Positions 38,401 through 52,000 of a DNA stretch of 64,000 nucleotides are shown piece by piece. The notes below the pieces were generated by a model. It ran no database searches, was not told the DNA's origin, and saw only the letters and a program-made list of their open reading frames with translations. The DNA is taken from assembly GCA_034780895.1 (NCBI GenBank), contig JAUZTB010000042.1, positions 28,942,624-29,006,623 of the forward strand, given 5' to 3'. How positions within the stretch are numbered: the first letter of the stretch is position 1; every line of letters begins with the position of its first letter. The translations under genes were made by a program, and so were the position numbers. Origin of the DNA: Rhynchobatus australiae (taxonomy: Eukaryota).

Positions 38401-40749
38401 TATAGATCTAACGGCTCTGAAATTGTGCCATTTGGTATTAACATCATCATGACACTGAACCCCTTTGGCAAATAGCTCTACCAAAATTTTGGTGGGAAGA
38501 ATTCTAATTAATAATTCAAGAGTAATAACTTCAGGGTCACAGTGAATTAACAAGACTTTTATGTTTTTGTGAAATATTTACAGATGGAATATACACAAGT
38601 CTTCCAAATTATTATGTTACAATATATGTTAAAAGATGAAAAGAAGCATCTAGAAGTTAAAAGGGTGAGCTAAAACTGCAAGCTATCAAACTCCAAAAGA
38701 AGCATCATGGGTGACATTTTATACCCTACAATAGAGAAGCTTATGATACAAGCTTTCTTCTTTTGAAGTTTATTTGCCCCCAAACATTCAAGGGTGTGAA
38801 GAAATGCCCAATTTTTCTCAGCTAGAAGTTCCCATCTCTAGGGACTGATCTGCAATAACAAACCTTCAGAAATAGTATACTGTTTGTCAGTCCATGAAAT
38901 CCTCTAATTATGGTATGTTGGAAAGCAGCCTTTAGTTTGGCCTGTTGGTATTTTAAGCTTAACTCCTTTTTCAAGGGGATGGACAGCATATTCTTTTTTG
39001 CTCTGTACACAATCTGCATAAACAACATTCCTCTGTCCAACCATCTCTTTGTCCAGACCCATCAACAGTCCTCTGACTGCTCCTTGCTAACAATGGAGTC
39101 CTTGCATTTAATTCGGTGAATTGACATAACTTTATGCAATTACTCAAATCAACTGTGAGTATGAGGGAAAAAAAGTCTGATTTGTGAACGAATTGTGCTC
39201 AGAGATTCATGTGAAATGATGAATGAATGTTTCATCAACAGGGCTGTTGTAAGCCTGGACTTCTATTTAATAAAGGGCAGCAAAATGAAACAAAGGAGTT
39301 AAAACACCTTTTTACTGAATAGGTAGATTTAAAGACAACTTTTAATCAGGACCAGATGGAATATAATTTTAAATGAATTAAATTAAAATATCTTGAAGAA
39401 ACGTTGCATATTGATGTTAATCATTGAGCATATATATTCATTCCAGTGACTTATTTTAGTGTGGCCAGGATGGACTAATGTCTCTGTTAAAGTCCTTCTC
39501 TATGTTCACAATTTTATTTGCCAGTTTCATGAACAATAATTTTGAGGCTCTAGTTGCTTACTTCATTGGGTTAACCCGAATGATTGCACTTGGATAACTA
39601 CTCAGGATGCCCAGTGCCTGCTTTGGTGTTGGATTTTAAGCATTTTCCCTACTTTGTATATCTGGTATGTTTAGCTTTTTGGATCTGATTCTGATTGGAA
39701 AAAAGTGTTACTTCTGGCTACTGTTGGCTCACAGTTAAATTATTGGATTAGCAGCTAAGAGTTCTGAATCACTGATCCAGAGAAGAAGTGTTCAAATTCC
39801 ACTAATGTGATGAACTCTTAACCACATCCTTAGTTCAGGGATAATTAGTGACAGGTAACTGCCCATGAGCACTGCCAGTGACGTCCACATCCTGTGAATG
39901 AATATTTTTTAAAAAATGCTGTTCCCCATTTTCACACCTTTACAGGAGAGGTGTAGTGGTGGAGTTGGCACTATTGCCTGCTGCTCATTGTAACACCTGA
40001 AAAGGGGGTGTGCTGATTGTTTATCCAGGATGGACTCTGAGACCGATGCCGGTCAGCAATGGGAAGGTTGATGATGTTGTTGTCAAGTTTGTCACACTAT
40101 TTCAGTCATATTGATGGCACCACTGGAAGAAGGGTAGTAAAGGGGAGACAACCCACCAAAGATGACATTTAAATGAAGTCTCCCTGTGAATCATGGGCCT
40201 GTCAAGAAGGGAAGTGGGATCACAGCCAAGGATTTCCCAGGCCCTCTGCTGTTCTCTCTGGGACGTTTCTGTGACATGGTCATGACACAGGAAGGGGGGA
40301 ATTNNNNNNNNNNNNNNNNTGTCATTTGCATTACAGTGGAGTAGAGCAGAGGAGGATGCTATCCTTTCTGGCAGGGAAGGAGAGAAACATTGGGATGGGA
40401 TATACTGGTTGAGCACATTGCATTATTCTTCCAATTGTTTCTGCCTGATTTACGGCAAGATAGCCAAAAAAAATCCACACCAGAATTAACCATTATATGG
40501 GAGGGAAGTGTGAAGCTGATGGTTTTTAGTTTACCTCTTTTATTTCTTCTTTCCCTGCATAATTACGTTAGGTCTACATTCCACACATGACTCGGAGCTT
40601 CAGAATTGACTTTTTAATGGACTTTATCCCTTTTATAATCATTTTCATTGGAAAATCAAAAACCACGAAGTTTTATGGTTAGCTTTCAAAATAGATGTCA
40701 CAGCAATTTCCAAGTATTTAATTTTTCTTTATTTCTCCCTTATTTTTGC

Positions 40750-41050
40750 CAGGCCATGTGGTGGCATGGTAGTTATGTTACTGGATCAGCAGCCAGAGTT
40801 CAGGACTGTTGATCCACGGACACGTTTAAATTCCATCATAGCAGCTAGAATTTCAATTCAAGTAATTAGATAAAATCTGGAATTTAAATAAAAAGGGAGA
40901 GTCATTATCAATCACCATGAATCTACTGGATTGAGGCAAAAATCCATCTGCTTACTCATGCCCTTTAGAGAAAAATAAATCAGCTGCCCTTGCCAACCTG
41001 GCCTAGGTATGATCTTGCGCCCATTGGTGTGATTCAGGGTGAATTGGGGA
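40750..41050 (+). mobile_element. tRNA-derived SINE, second family
   Basis: gtggtggcatggtagttatgttactgga...aaattccatcatagcagct...gaatttcaattcaagtaatta...aaatctggaatt; related partial copies at 13977, about 36440 and about 39740. Confidence 0.65.
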
Positions 41051-41224
41051 TGAAGTCCTGATCCAGAGGATGCATAAATAAGGAGCTGATTTCTGATCAG
41101 CTATAGATCCAGTGGGTCCATTGGCCCTGAGATACCCTGATTCTTGATCACATACCTGCTCTTAATGTGCGGTACCACAGTGTGGATACCAGTGGCTTAT
41201 TTAGTTGTGGGCAATATAATAGTT

Positions 41225-41440
41225 TATTTGGTATGTTGGTTTATTATTGTCACATGTACCAAGGTATAGTGAAAAACTTTGTTTTGCATGCCATCCATAC
41301 AGATCATTTCATCACATCAGTACATCAAGGTAGTGGAAGGGATAAATAATAACAGAATGCAGACTATAGTGTCACAGTCAGAGAAAGTGCAGGGCAGGTA
41401 GACAATAAAGTGCATGGACACGATGAGGTAGATTGTGAGG
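41225..41440 (-). mobile_element. Rex1/Babar-type 3' UTR fragment
   Basis: ggtttattattgtcacatgtaccaaggtatagtgaaaaactttgttttgcatgcc resembles the 3' end of the 12510-12945 element. Confidence 0.6.
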
Positions 41441-41444
41441 ACAA

Positions 41445-41660
41445 AGCAGAATAGTTCCACCCTCATTGGAAATGCACACAGCCTCACTCTCTAATAACTG
41501 TCACTAGATTGTGCTAGAGGAAAAGTTCTGGTTTCCTTCCTCTCTAATCCAGGGATCCTGAGGCTAATTTAAACATCAAGCTAGGCTGATTTAATACAAT
41601 GGACATAGATCAGAACTGATACCGTCCACTGAGTACAATATAACCTTCTGCATTACTGCA
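41445..41660 (-). mobile_element. Possible LF-SINE-like relic
   Basis: Minus strand ...aattagcctcaggatccctggattagagaggaaggaaaccag...tctagtgac loosely follows the recalled LF-SINE core (ggcctcag..cccctgggctagggagggg...ccagtgac). Very degenerate. Confidence 0.4.
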
Positions 41661-44600
41661 GTGGACCATTGGTAGAAATGTTGTGTTTTGAAAGATTTTT
41701 AACCTTTACTGTTTCGGGAAATCAGTTAAGATCAGGCACTGAGTCGAAACATTTTTTATCATTCCTTTTATTAATGTTAAAAATACAACAACTTTGCAGA
41801 TTCTTACAACCTTGGATAGTAACGCAGCTCAAAACTCGGATGTGCTTTGAGAAATTGAAGGGTTAAATCCTTATTTATGTCCTTAGTCTCTCTGGCTCCT
41901 GGGTCTGTGAAAATGGTAAAAACTTTTATAGCCCTCTCAGTGTCAAAACAGGTTGATAGGGTATCAAAGAAGGTGTATTGTATGCTTGCCATCATCAGCT
42001 GAAACATTGNNNNNNNNNNCAAGCAGTTTGCTAATGTGTATGACAAGTTTCTCACACAATTTCAATGCCTAGCAGGACACCTGTCATATCTTTAACCTTG
42101 TTCTTATCTCCGTGAAAGTACATAGGCTCAGTTATCCTGAAGCAATATTAATACTTTCAAACTTGGTTAAGCTTCCCAGTAAGGTTGTTCAAGACAGAGG
42201 TTTCACAGTTTAATGTTCTGCACTCTACTCAATTTGCATTTTCTGAACCATCATTTTAGTGTTCAGTAAAGCTGGCTTTAAAAGTCCATATTGAAGAGTT
42301 CAAAATACTATGGCTTAGTAGTCTTCAGTTGAAATAACTCCAAGGTTTTAATATTCTAATTTAAACAATATATTTGCTTTTATATATGCAATATATTTGC
42401 CACACAACTAATGCAAGCTGTTCTGTATGTTAATGTTTTTTTTGATAAAACAAAATAGTAGAAACCTGGAAAAAAAACACTTTTTTTGTACCTCACAACA
42501 TTTGCAGATGCCACAGTGCAAGAGAGAGGTTGGATTTTGGTTGTCTGTTAGGCAGATTGTACTCTTTGACTGGTCATTCCAATGGTGAAGAGGCCCTACA
42601 GGTTTTGTGTTCTGGCCTCCTCTATGATCAACAGGCAAGTTGGGTGGATGCAGCTCACCAGGTTTAGCAAAAGGAAACTCACTGGAGTTGCAGCCAGTTG
42701 TGTAGCATAGAAGATTTCTTGGCTCTAAACAGTTGCTAACCAAAATGATTAATTTAACTGATTTCCCTATTAAAAGTTTGTATTGCTTTAATTTGGTATG
42801 TTATTACGGTACCTCCTGGTAGACCCCTTTGAAAATGGTGCTAACAGCATCTCCAGCATTGGCTGGGTAGAAGGATATTCTAGTGGCAAGAATATATTAT
42901 CAAAGATTTTGCCAATGTTATGATCTCATGTTGCCGTAAAAATGTAAAACAATGGAAGAGAAAAACAGTTCCATATTCATTTTTCAGAGTCTTAACAAGT
43001 AGTAATTAGATTACTTTGTTTGATAGAACCTCAGTGTTAAGCTGTAAAATGCAGAGAGCCAGGCAACAGCCTGAAACTAGTGAATGCATTTTCTCTTGGT
43101 AGAAGGAGGTGTTAACAGCAGGTTCTCCCCAAGTGAATGGCCAGTCATCATTATTGGAGTTGTTGTGACATCCCAGATGATTGTATGGGTTCAGTGATTG
43201 TGCAGAGATGTTTGCAAACAAGTGAGGGCAAACAATATTTGCAATATATACTGTATATTTATAAATATATATTACTTACATCCTATTTGAGCTTAAAGTA
43301 CTGGATTCTGGGTTGGTGTATACTATTTGTCCATTTAAGTTCGCATTTTAGCTTGGATTTCATGCTATGTTTCCAACCATTTGTTTGGCTTACCTCCACT
43401 CTGCTGTGCTCCACAACTTGGTCAACTTGGGCTGTCAAAGTCCATTTTTGGTCTTTATGGACTGTGGTTAATCTTTAATCATAACCTTCAGTGTAACTCA
43501 TGATTGGAAACACAAGTACAATAAATTAAAATGAAGAATATGTCATCATGAAATGATTTTTAAAAATTGGTAATATGTGTAAAGAAGCATTCTGGTATAT
43601 TACCAACTGATTTGTTTGAAAAAGAGTGTAGAGTGTGAAACTGAAACTTTATCTGTTTGAGGAGGGAGTTGTTAATTTTGATTGCACTGCAGTGTTTCAG
43701 AGAATCAATTTTGGCCTTAAATAGGTTTTCCTGGTTCTTACCTGAAATAGTGTTACACAGTCTCTCAAAGGATCACTGGTTTAAAACACCAGCTGAACTT
43801 GTAGCATAGGCCAACAACAGAGGGAACCTGATCCTTTTGAGCTATGCTTGTGAGCTTTGCTGACTGATGGTAAGTGGCACAACATTCAGACAGATTAGGC
43901 TCAGAGCTGCAATTTGTTTAAATTATACTAAGATTACTTTCAAGGCCACATATGGGGAAAACCTCTGAGGAAAGTGGAATATTCAGTTCTCTTTTGCTTC
44001 ACATAAAACCAAAATGCAGTCTTAACTTGTAGCTTAGTGGTACTTAACTGCCTAATATTTTGCTAGAGTTTGACCAACATCATAATAATAGAATTCCTGA
44101 CATAGATATTTTCTGGCCTTCTGATTGTTTATGTAGTTTTATAGAACAAAATAGCTCGCATATCTCACAACTGAGGGGGTTTAGCTGTGGCTGGAAAATA
44201 TGTTCCATCTGATTTAATCTTGTATTCAAAATATTTTTGATTTTTGCTCTATCTCGTATTTTGAAGAAAGTGGTCCAGCTGCACTTCGATAACGTTTTGT
44301 TCTTCACAAATTTTCTCATGCCTGAAAGTTACTTCATTCTTGTTTAAAGACATAATTTTGAATTACATTGGATGTTGCTCTAAAGAATTCATGGAAATAC
44401 TGGTGAAAAATTCAGGGGTTCCTGGAAGACAATATGATGCCAGAGGAACTTGGCTGAAGTTTCATTCTGCACAGAATGTTGCCTTTTCTGTTCTCAATAA
44501 CCTCAATATCCTATCTAGTGGTTAATCTTCATCTTTAGCTTTCCTGGTACTGTGGATGGGGTGGGTGTTCAGGGGGACTTTCAGCTAATTTCCTGTGAGT

Positions 44601-45839
44601 CCTGACAGCTCCCTTCTGTTGCCAACTTGGCTCAGAAATCCTTTGGATAGTTAATATAACCACACTAGAATTAGAAGTTATTTTAAATCTCAGTTTTCAG
44701 CAATATAAATCAATCAATGATGGATCGACTAGACAGACACAGTGATGGATGTTTGCTTTCAGGTAGACTTTCTTCCAAGTAGAGTTTTGCTGCCTGGCTG
44801 TCTGATTGTGGAAACATAAGTGTCGAGTCTCATGGACATTAGTTTTAGGGGAGAACGAGCCCAGGGCAATCCATCAGTTCAGGGTCACTTTTTTTAATCA
44901 AGCCGATCTGGCCTGCCTCCAAATTTTGTTGTGTTGTGCGGTAATGGGAGGAGGACATGAGGTGAATGCAGCTGTATGTCCTGAAGAGGTTCATGCATTT
45001 TTGGGAGGTGGGATGCTGGCACACCAGTGGCCTGGATTGCATGCTCACTGCCTCCAGCCTTATTGAAAATATTTAGAAGCATGCAGGCTCCTTGACCTTT
45101 GTGCTACCAACTGAATTTGTTCTGTGTGTGTGTACACAGTGTGTGCTCCATTCAGCTGAGCCCTAACATTTCAAAGTTGTGCACAATATGGTGGGATATG
45201 AAAGCCCAAGAATTCCATAGAGCCCCTTGACCTATCTAGACAGCAAAAGAACATCTTAAGTGACCTATGGTCCTTACAATGGCCATTCTGACGGAGGCAC
45301 GGGTTTCACTGAATAGTTTTTCAGCTGCTATTCTGGCAGTTCTTGCACTAATTATTATTTATGGGAGAAAGAAGTATGTCACACACAGGCCATCTATTCA
45401 TGTGATTTGTTGTCTTTGAAGAGGTCAGAGGGGAAAGAATTCCAAAGGGTGAATGCGTCTCAGCAACTTACATCAAATTTCATGTGGAGGGTTCTTTGTA
45501 CGTTTTCACAAACCGGCTGCAAATTNNNNNNNNNNNNNNNNNNNNNNNNNNNNNNNNNAATATTTATTGAAAGAGCTTGTAAACCAGTGAGGGTGCTATC
45601 TATTGCATCTGCAGTTTTAGAAATCCTATAATAGTCCTATTAAATTAATGCTCTGCTGTATTGTCAAACCAGATGAAATACCCAACTCCCAGGAAAAGTG
45701 TCAATTATCAGATGAATACATTTTCAGGACTAGCTAATATGCATAAATCACCAATGCTTGTGTGTGAAATGGATGCTATTTGTATTCCAACTCCAATACT
45801 ATGTTGACTAATGCATTGATTTAAAATATGTTCTTGTGC

Positions 45840-46210
45840 CAAAGTTCCTCCATGACCTCAATCCATCCATTCCATGTAAATTCCAGCCCTACATTTCTCC
45901 AAGAACTCTACATTTCGTCAAGCCTGATACTTTGCACATTTCTCCAGTTGTTTGGTCACACCACTGGGACCCATGTCTTCGATTGGCTAGATCATAAGCT
46001 CTGAAATTCCTCCTCTAAACTACATTGCCATTCTCTTCTAAGATGCTCATTGAAGTCCAACTTTGGAGAAAGATTTTGGTAAACTGTCCTAAAGTCACCT
46101 TTGACTTAGTGTCCGATTTTGTCTGCTTTGTCTGACAGGCTTTGAAGAATCCTGGGGCATTGCATGACATTAAAGTTGCTAAGTAAATGAAAGTTACTTA
46201 TGTTGATGTG
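45840..46210 (+). mobile_element. L2-type LINE 3' end, decayed
   Basis: ccagccctac...aagctctgaaattcctcctctaaac...ttttggtaaactgtcctaa...acattaaagttgctaagtaaatgaaagtt. Confidence 0.55.
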
Positions 46211-46539
46211 GCATGAGATTATAATAGTTGTGAACTTTTCAGTCATGGGCAGAGCTTTTTGATGCTGGTNNNNNNNNNNNNNNNNNNNNNNNNNNNNNNN
46301 NNNNNNNNNNNNNNNNNNNNNNNNNNNNNNNNNNNNNNNNNNNNNNNNNNNNNNNNNNNNNNNNNNNNNTCATGGGCAGAGCTTTTTGATGCTGGTCTTT
46401 GTACAGGAGGGTGTACAGTAATCCTTATCTCTTTGATAAAACACATTCTTCACATATAGTGCTCTTCATTTGGCTACTTAGGACCTTCAAAGTCTGCAAA
46501 TCCTTTTGAGAGAGCTTCATTTTAAAGAGTACATCCTTC

Positions 46540-46850
46540 AGGCAGCACAGTTGTGCAGCTGGTTCAATCCTGTCCTCCGGTATTGTCTGTGTGGAGTTTG
46601 CACATTCTCCCTGTGACCACATGGGAGTCCTCCAAATGCTCCGATTTCTTCCCACATCTGAAAGGTGTGTGGGTTAGTAAGTTAATTGGATACTGTAAAT
46701 TGTCTCTGATGTCTGGCTATGTGTAGAATCTGGGGGAGGGAGTGAGTCAATGGGTATATGGAGAGAATAAAATGGGATTAGTGTAAACAGTGTTTTATGA
46801 TTGGCGCAGACTGTGGGCTGAAGAGTCTGTTTCTCTGCTGTCTGACTCTG
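46540..46850 (+). mobile_element. V-SINE/HE1-like SINE
   Basis: ggcagcacag...ggttcaatcctg...tgtgtggagtttgcacattctccctgtgacc... with CR1-like tail gtgggctgaagagtctgtttctctgctgtctgactct. Confidence 0.85.
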
Positions 46851-46924
46851 ACTCATGTTGTCTCATTCTGCTTTCCCCCATCCTCCCCTACTTCTCATCA
46901 TCTTCCACTGGAATGGCAGACAGA

Positions 46925-47450
46925 ACAATTACTATTTATTGGACTTCAGACATAGCAAGATGCCCCAAGACTCTTGACAGGACTTTAACTAATACCAAGC
47001 CACTTAAGGAAATATTGGAGCAGATAACCAAAACCTTAGTCAAAGAGGCAAATTTTATGGTACATTTTAAAGGAAGGAAGAGAAGCACAGAGACAGAGAG
47101 TTTTAGGGAAGGAATTATAGAGCTTTGGACTTTTGTAGTTGACAACTATTAAGACTGGAGAGTTTAAATTCAGGAATGGTTAAGAGGAAAAAAAAATTGG
47201 AGGAATACAGGTATCTTGGAGGCTGGAGATTACAGGGGGCATATTAAGAATATTATAAAACCTAGGCAACAATTAGCAAACACAGGAGTGTTTAATGATT
47301 GGGATGGTGTGGCTTCAGAGATGGGCAACAGAGTTCAAATTTTTGGAGTACAAAATAAGAGGCTGGAAACAGGGCAATGGAATAGTTGAGACATGGTAGC
47401 AAAGACAGGTATAAAGATTTCAGCACATTCATGTCCAATGAAATCCTGTA
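46925..47450 (-). mobile_element. L2-type LINE 3' end, antisense, decayed
   Basis: Reverse of the family at 45840-46210 (ataaccaaaaccttagtcaaagagg...ttttagggaaggaattatagagc). Confidence 0.55.
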
Positions 47451-48884
47451 TCTGGTGCTGAGAAAATATACCTGAGGCAACGTATATCTGCTCTGTGGCT
47501 TGTTTTTAGAAATCATCTATAATTTGCCTTTGTTTAACACTGAACAAAGGTGTACCAAAGGTGGTAATATTTTTTTAAAAAATCCCATCAATCATGTCCT
47601 TTTCTCTATTTTCCTTGAAAAATAGATTTTTAAAAAACTTGCAGTGAGGTTTTACTACAGTTTTTATATTAACAGACTGGTGCCATGTTACTTGGCAGAC
47701 TGGTCCTGCACTGAGTCCTGGGCCAAGAAGAGAGATACAACCTCTGATAAGTAATCTGACGTCATGTGTCTTCACCATAATGCCATATAACTCCAGCCTG
47801 TGTAGAACCAGATTTTAAAAAAACAATCCATTTACCTCTTGTGGACTCTATAAATGCAGTGTGCAATCTTTTGAATATTAAAAGGAAACTGAGGTCCCAC
47901 TTGATCTCACGTAGAGTGAAATACATTAACTGCCTTTGAAGTAAGTACAGTATTTGGTTTATAATTTTGTAAATCAAAAAAAGTAAGTTTAAGAACACAG
48001 TCTCTGTTTCTACAATGGAAAAGATTTTGTAAGGATGTTTCTTAAGAACTAAATGAGAGGCATTTATAGCAGGTATATTTGAGGGTTTGTGATTTTTCCC
48101 AACAGAGGAATAGTGAGAGCGTATCATAAAGAGAATGTACTGCATTTCTTTTCACCTTTTGCGGATTGAGAATCTAGTGAACATTATTGACTTTTGAAAA
48201 ACAAAGTTTCAACTGAGTAATAACCATAAACAGTTATTATGCTTTTCATTCCCAGTGGTTTTATGTTTTATTGCTATCTGAGTAGGCTATCACTGTTTGC
48301 TTTAAAATATGAGATGGTTTGGTCATTGTGGTGAGCAATGAATGACTGAAACACTATCTTGTATATAATTTTGCAAAGTACAAACAGATGTTCAATAAAG
48401 AACCTCACTGATGAAAATAATCATTAACTGAGAGTAAGCTATTTTTGAAGCTGTTTTGATATGTTTACAGAAACAGAACAACATGAAGGGTAATGTTTCT
48501 TCAATACTCTTGACAAAATTTTCATAAGATGAGAGTTAAATTNNNNNNNNNNNNACTAAATTAAATGCATTGTCTATTCTGTCACAGATACAGTTATTAT
48601 TCATTGTCTTTCATGCTGCTTTTTAAAGGTTCAATTTGGGTTTTTAGATCAAAGCAAAAATGCATCTGTCCAAAGAATAGCTTAATCCTTTAGCTAGGGT
48701 AACATAAGGTCTGGCTCATTAACCTAAGCATGGTAATTACAAACTGTGGGAAAAAATGTGGCTTGCAAATACTTTGCTGTGTGGAAATGCTGAGGGGGGT
48801 AAAGAGTGGTTTACTTCCTTCAAATCCTTGCGATGGGTCAAGGAAGGGCTTCACAGTTATTACCCCGCATCCAATGATTAAGAA

Positions 48885-49025
48885 AAAGCACAAGAATGTA
48901 AGAAATAGGAGCAGGAGAAGAGCCTCTCAAGCCTGCTCCACATTCAATAAGATCATGGCTGATCCCATCTTGGCCTCAACTCACTTTCTTGCCTGTTCCC
49001 CACAACCCTCAATTTCCCTTTAGTA
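48885..49025 (-). mobile_element. CR1 3' tail, antisense
   Basis: aagaaataggagcagga...caagcctgctccacattcaataagatcatggctgatc. Confidence 0.75.
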
Positions 49026-52000
49026 CAATGAACAACTGTAGTGGAACTTGGTTGAGTAGACATAGAATTTACTAAATATGAGGGGAATATCTGGATTCCA
49101 ATCTGCTTGAAATAATCAAAATGCATAGATTTTGGAATAATCCATTAGGAAATAAATGTGACACATACATAATCATACATACATAATTGACTACACTAAA
49201 AATTAAATATACAGACACAACTAGGTTAGGTGTTTTTTTGCTTGTATGTGAACAATCCTTTTGCTTATGCAATGGTATTCAGCAGGAAAAGATACATCAC
49301 TCCTGGGAGGCATCCTTTAGGATAGATTCTCCATAGCTAGTATATGGATGGAGCAAGAGAGTAGGCACTGGAACATTAGCAAGAAGTGATTATCTCACAT
49401 TTCTACCCACTAAACATGGATGTTAGAATCATAGAATAGCACAAGGCCATTTGACCCACCATGACTGTGACTACTCTTTTGGTAAAACTACTAATTAAGC
49501 CCAGACCCTGTAGCCACTTTTTTTTTTGATAGGCTGGAATTTGCCAACAAAATGGAAAGAACACATGCTTTATTAATGTACAAGTTACCAAGCAATCTCT
49601 GCCAAGGAGGAAATATCCTGCAAATTTATCACAATTCACTGGACTTTTCTGTGAAAACAGCATCTTGTCTGTGACCTCCCTGCATGTTTCATAAAATTGT
49701 TGCTTTTTCACATTACTTTTCCATTAAACATGGTAAAAAATTAACCATAGTAAATAATAACATAAATACCCTTTTAACAATGTTATACTTGGTTATGACT
49801 ACCAATCAATGTCTCCAGCCCAGAAAGTATATTAATAAAAATGTGAATTCTCATTCCTTCAAGTTGTGAGTTGCTAGAGATTTTGAAAAATATGAAATTT
49901 TAAATTTTAATGTTCATATTTTTCATTTGCCTTTTCATTTTCTCAATGTAATACTACTTTATTTCCCTTTCTATACCAGCATCATTACAGTGAGTATATT
50001 TCCAAAGTACTTGTTTGTAGAGGCCCAGAGATTGTGAAATGTATTAAGTAAATAAACAGGTTTCTTTTTGCTGAATAGTTCAGGATTAAGTTTAAATAAA
50101 TGGGCACACCTTGAGTTAGTTCCACTCCACCAACTTAACGCCACATCCACCTGTAGACTTCCAGTCTAAAACAACCTGGAACTTCATTCTCATATTATAA
50201 TCAATACTATTGAGTCAGTATTGGTATGATTTCTTCAGTTCTGGCACTGTGTTTGGCCTGGCTGATATGAAACAATCCTGTGCCAAATATTTTCTGGGTC
50301 AAGAAAGTTTCTGTTTGGAAGGCAGTTATGATGTAGAGAGTGATTCTTAATTGATTGGTGGCTTTTTTGACGTTTTGTCAATTTCTGGAAGTTTTCTTTA
50401 AAAATTTTTGACAGTGAGTTTTGGCTCAAGCAAGTGATTGCAGCTTAATGCTTTCATAGGTCTTTTGGGGAGGTGGGGGGGGGGGCAGAATCAGAAAGAA
50501 ATTCTCAGAATTTAATAAAAGCTTGCAATGATAAAGACCATGGATGAGTAAGAAAGTATTGCATCCACTGAAAGAAACTATAGTGTGTTTTGCTTNNNNN
50601 NNNNNNNNNNNNNNATGAGAAATTATGCAAAAGGCATATAGGCAATCTTTCACATAAGCACATCCACAATAAAACCATCCATCCATGCCACTAACTTTGG
50701 CTTTTCAAGAGCAGTTATTGAAATATGTCTCCAATATGTTTTACATAATCTTAAATTATGCAAGCACACCGTTTATTAGTAACACTGCAAATTCTGTGCA
50801 CTAGTGCTGGATAAGCTTCTGATCAGGCAGACCAGTGTATTGTAAATGGCGCTGAGCTTCTTGAGTAGCATTTCAGCTGCACCACTCAAGGGAAATGGAG
50901 AATATTTAATTGCATCCCTGAGTGTTGCCTTACAGGTGGCAGAGAGACTTGGTGAATCAGAATTTGCCCACAGATCTGCACTATACCCTACATCTGATGT
51001 GCTTTAATAGCCACAGTATTTATATTAATGATGCAGTTGAATTTTGATGTGTGTGTTTGGTGCATGTGGGTGGTGGTGGAGTTGGGGGGTGTGTTCAGCA
51101 AGAGTAGTGTTATTGAAGGTAAAAATGTNNNNNNNNNNNNNNNNNNNNNNNNNNNNNNNNNNNNNNNNNNNNNNNNNNNNNNNNNNNNNNNNNNNNNNNN
51201 NNNNNNNNNNNNNNNNNNNNNNNNNNNNNNNNNNNNNNNNNNNNNNNNNNNNNNNNNNNNNNNNNNNNNNNNNNNNNNNNNNNNNNNNNNNNNNNNNNNN
51301 NNNNNNNNNNNNNNNNNNNNNNNNNNNNNNNNNNNNNNNNNNNNNNNNNNNNNNNNNNNNNNNNNNNNNNNNNNNNNNNNNNNNNNNNNNNNNNNNNNNN
51401 NNNNNNNNNNNNNNNNNNNNNNNNNNNNNNNNNNNNNNNNNNNNNNNNNNNNNNNNNNNNNNNNNNNNNNNNNNNNNNNNNNNNNNNNNNNNNNNNNNNN
51501 NNNNNNNNNNNNNNNNNNNNNNNNNNNNNNNNNNNNNNNNNNNNNNNNNNNNNNNNNNNNNNNNNNNNNNNNNNNNNNNNNNNNNNNNNNNNNNNNNNNN
51601 NNNNNNNNNNNNNNNNNNNNNNNNNNNNNNNNNNNNNNNNNNNNNNNNNNNNNNNNNNNNNNNNNNNNNNNNNNNNNNNNNNNNNNNNNNNNNNTTATCC
51701 CTTAGTACTTTTCATTGCTTTTGCCTTTTGATCTGATTTCAGATGCTGGTAGTCTATTTTTATCTGACTTCAAATAAATGACCTAACAGAAATAGTCACT
51801 CTGAAATTGAAGATGGTCTCAATGACTTGCTTGATTCCATCTCATCTTTAGCATGAGTGATAGTTTGTAAGCATACCTAAGATAGTGATTTGTTTCATCT
51901 ATGTACATGGCAACAGGGATGTCATGGTACGTCAGTACCTCTTGATGACATGATAAATCCACAAGCTGTTAAGAAAACCCATAATGTAAGTCTTAGTGGG

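Noticed and set aside
44748-44768. AG|GT recursive splice-site candidates in the giant intron (also near 7783, 10219 and 27638)
   Set aside because: The reconstituted donors (GTAGAC, GTCCTC, GTGG, GTACAC) are poor matches to GTAAG/GTGAG and such motifs are expected by chance; a saw-tooth pattern in total RNA-seq would be needed.
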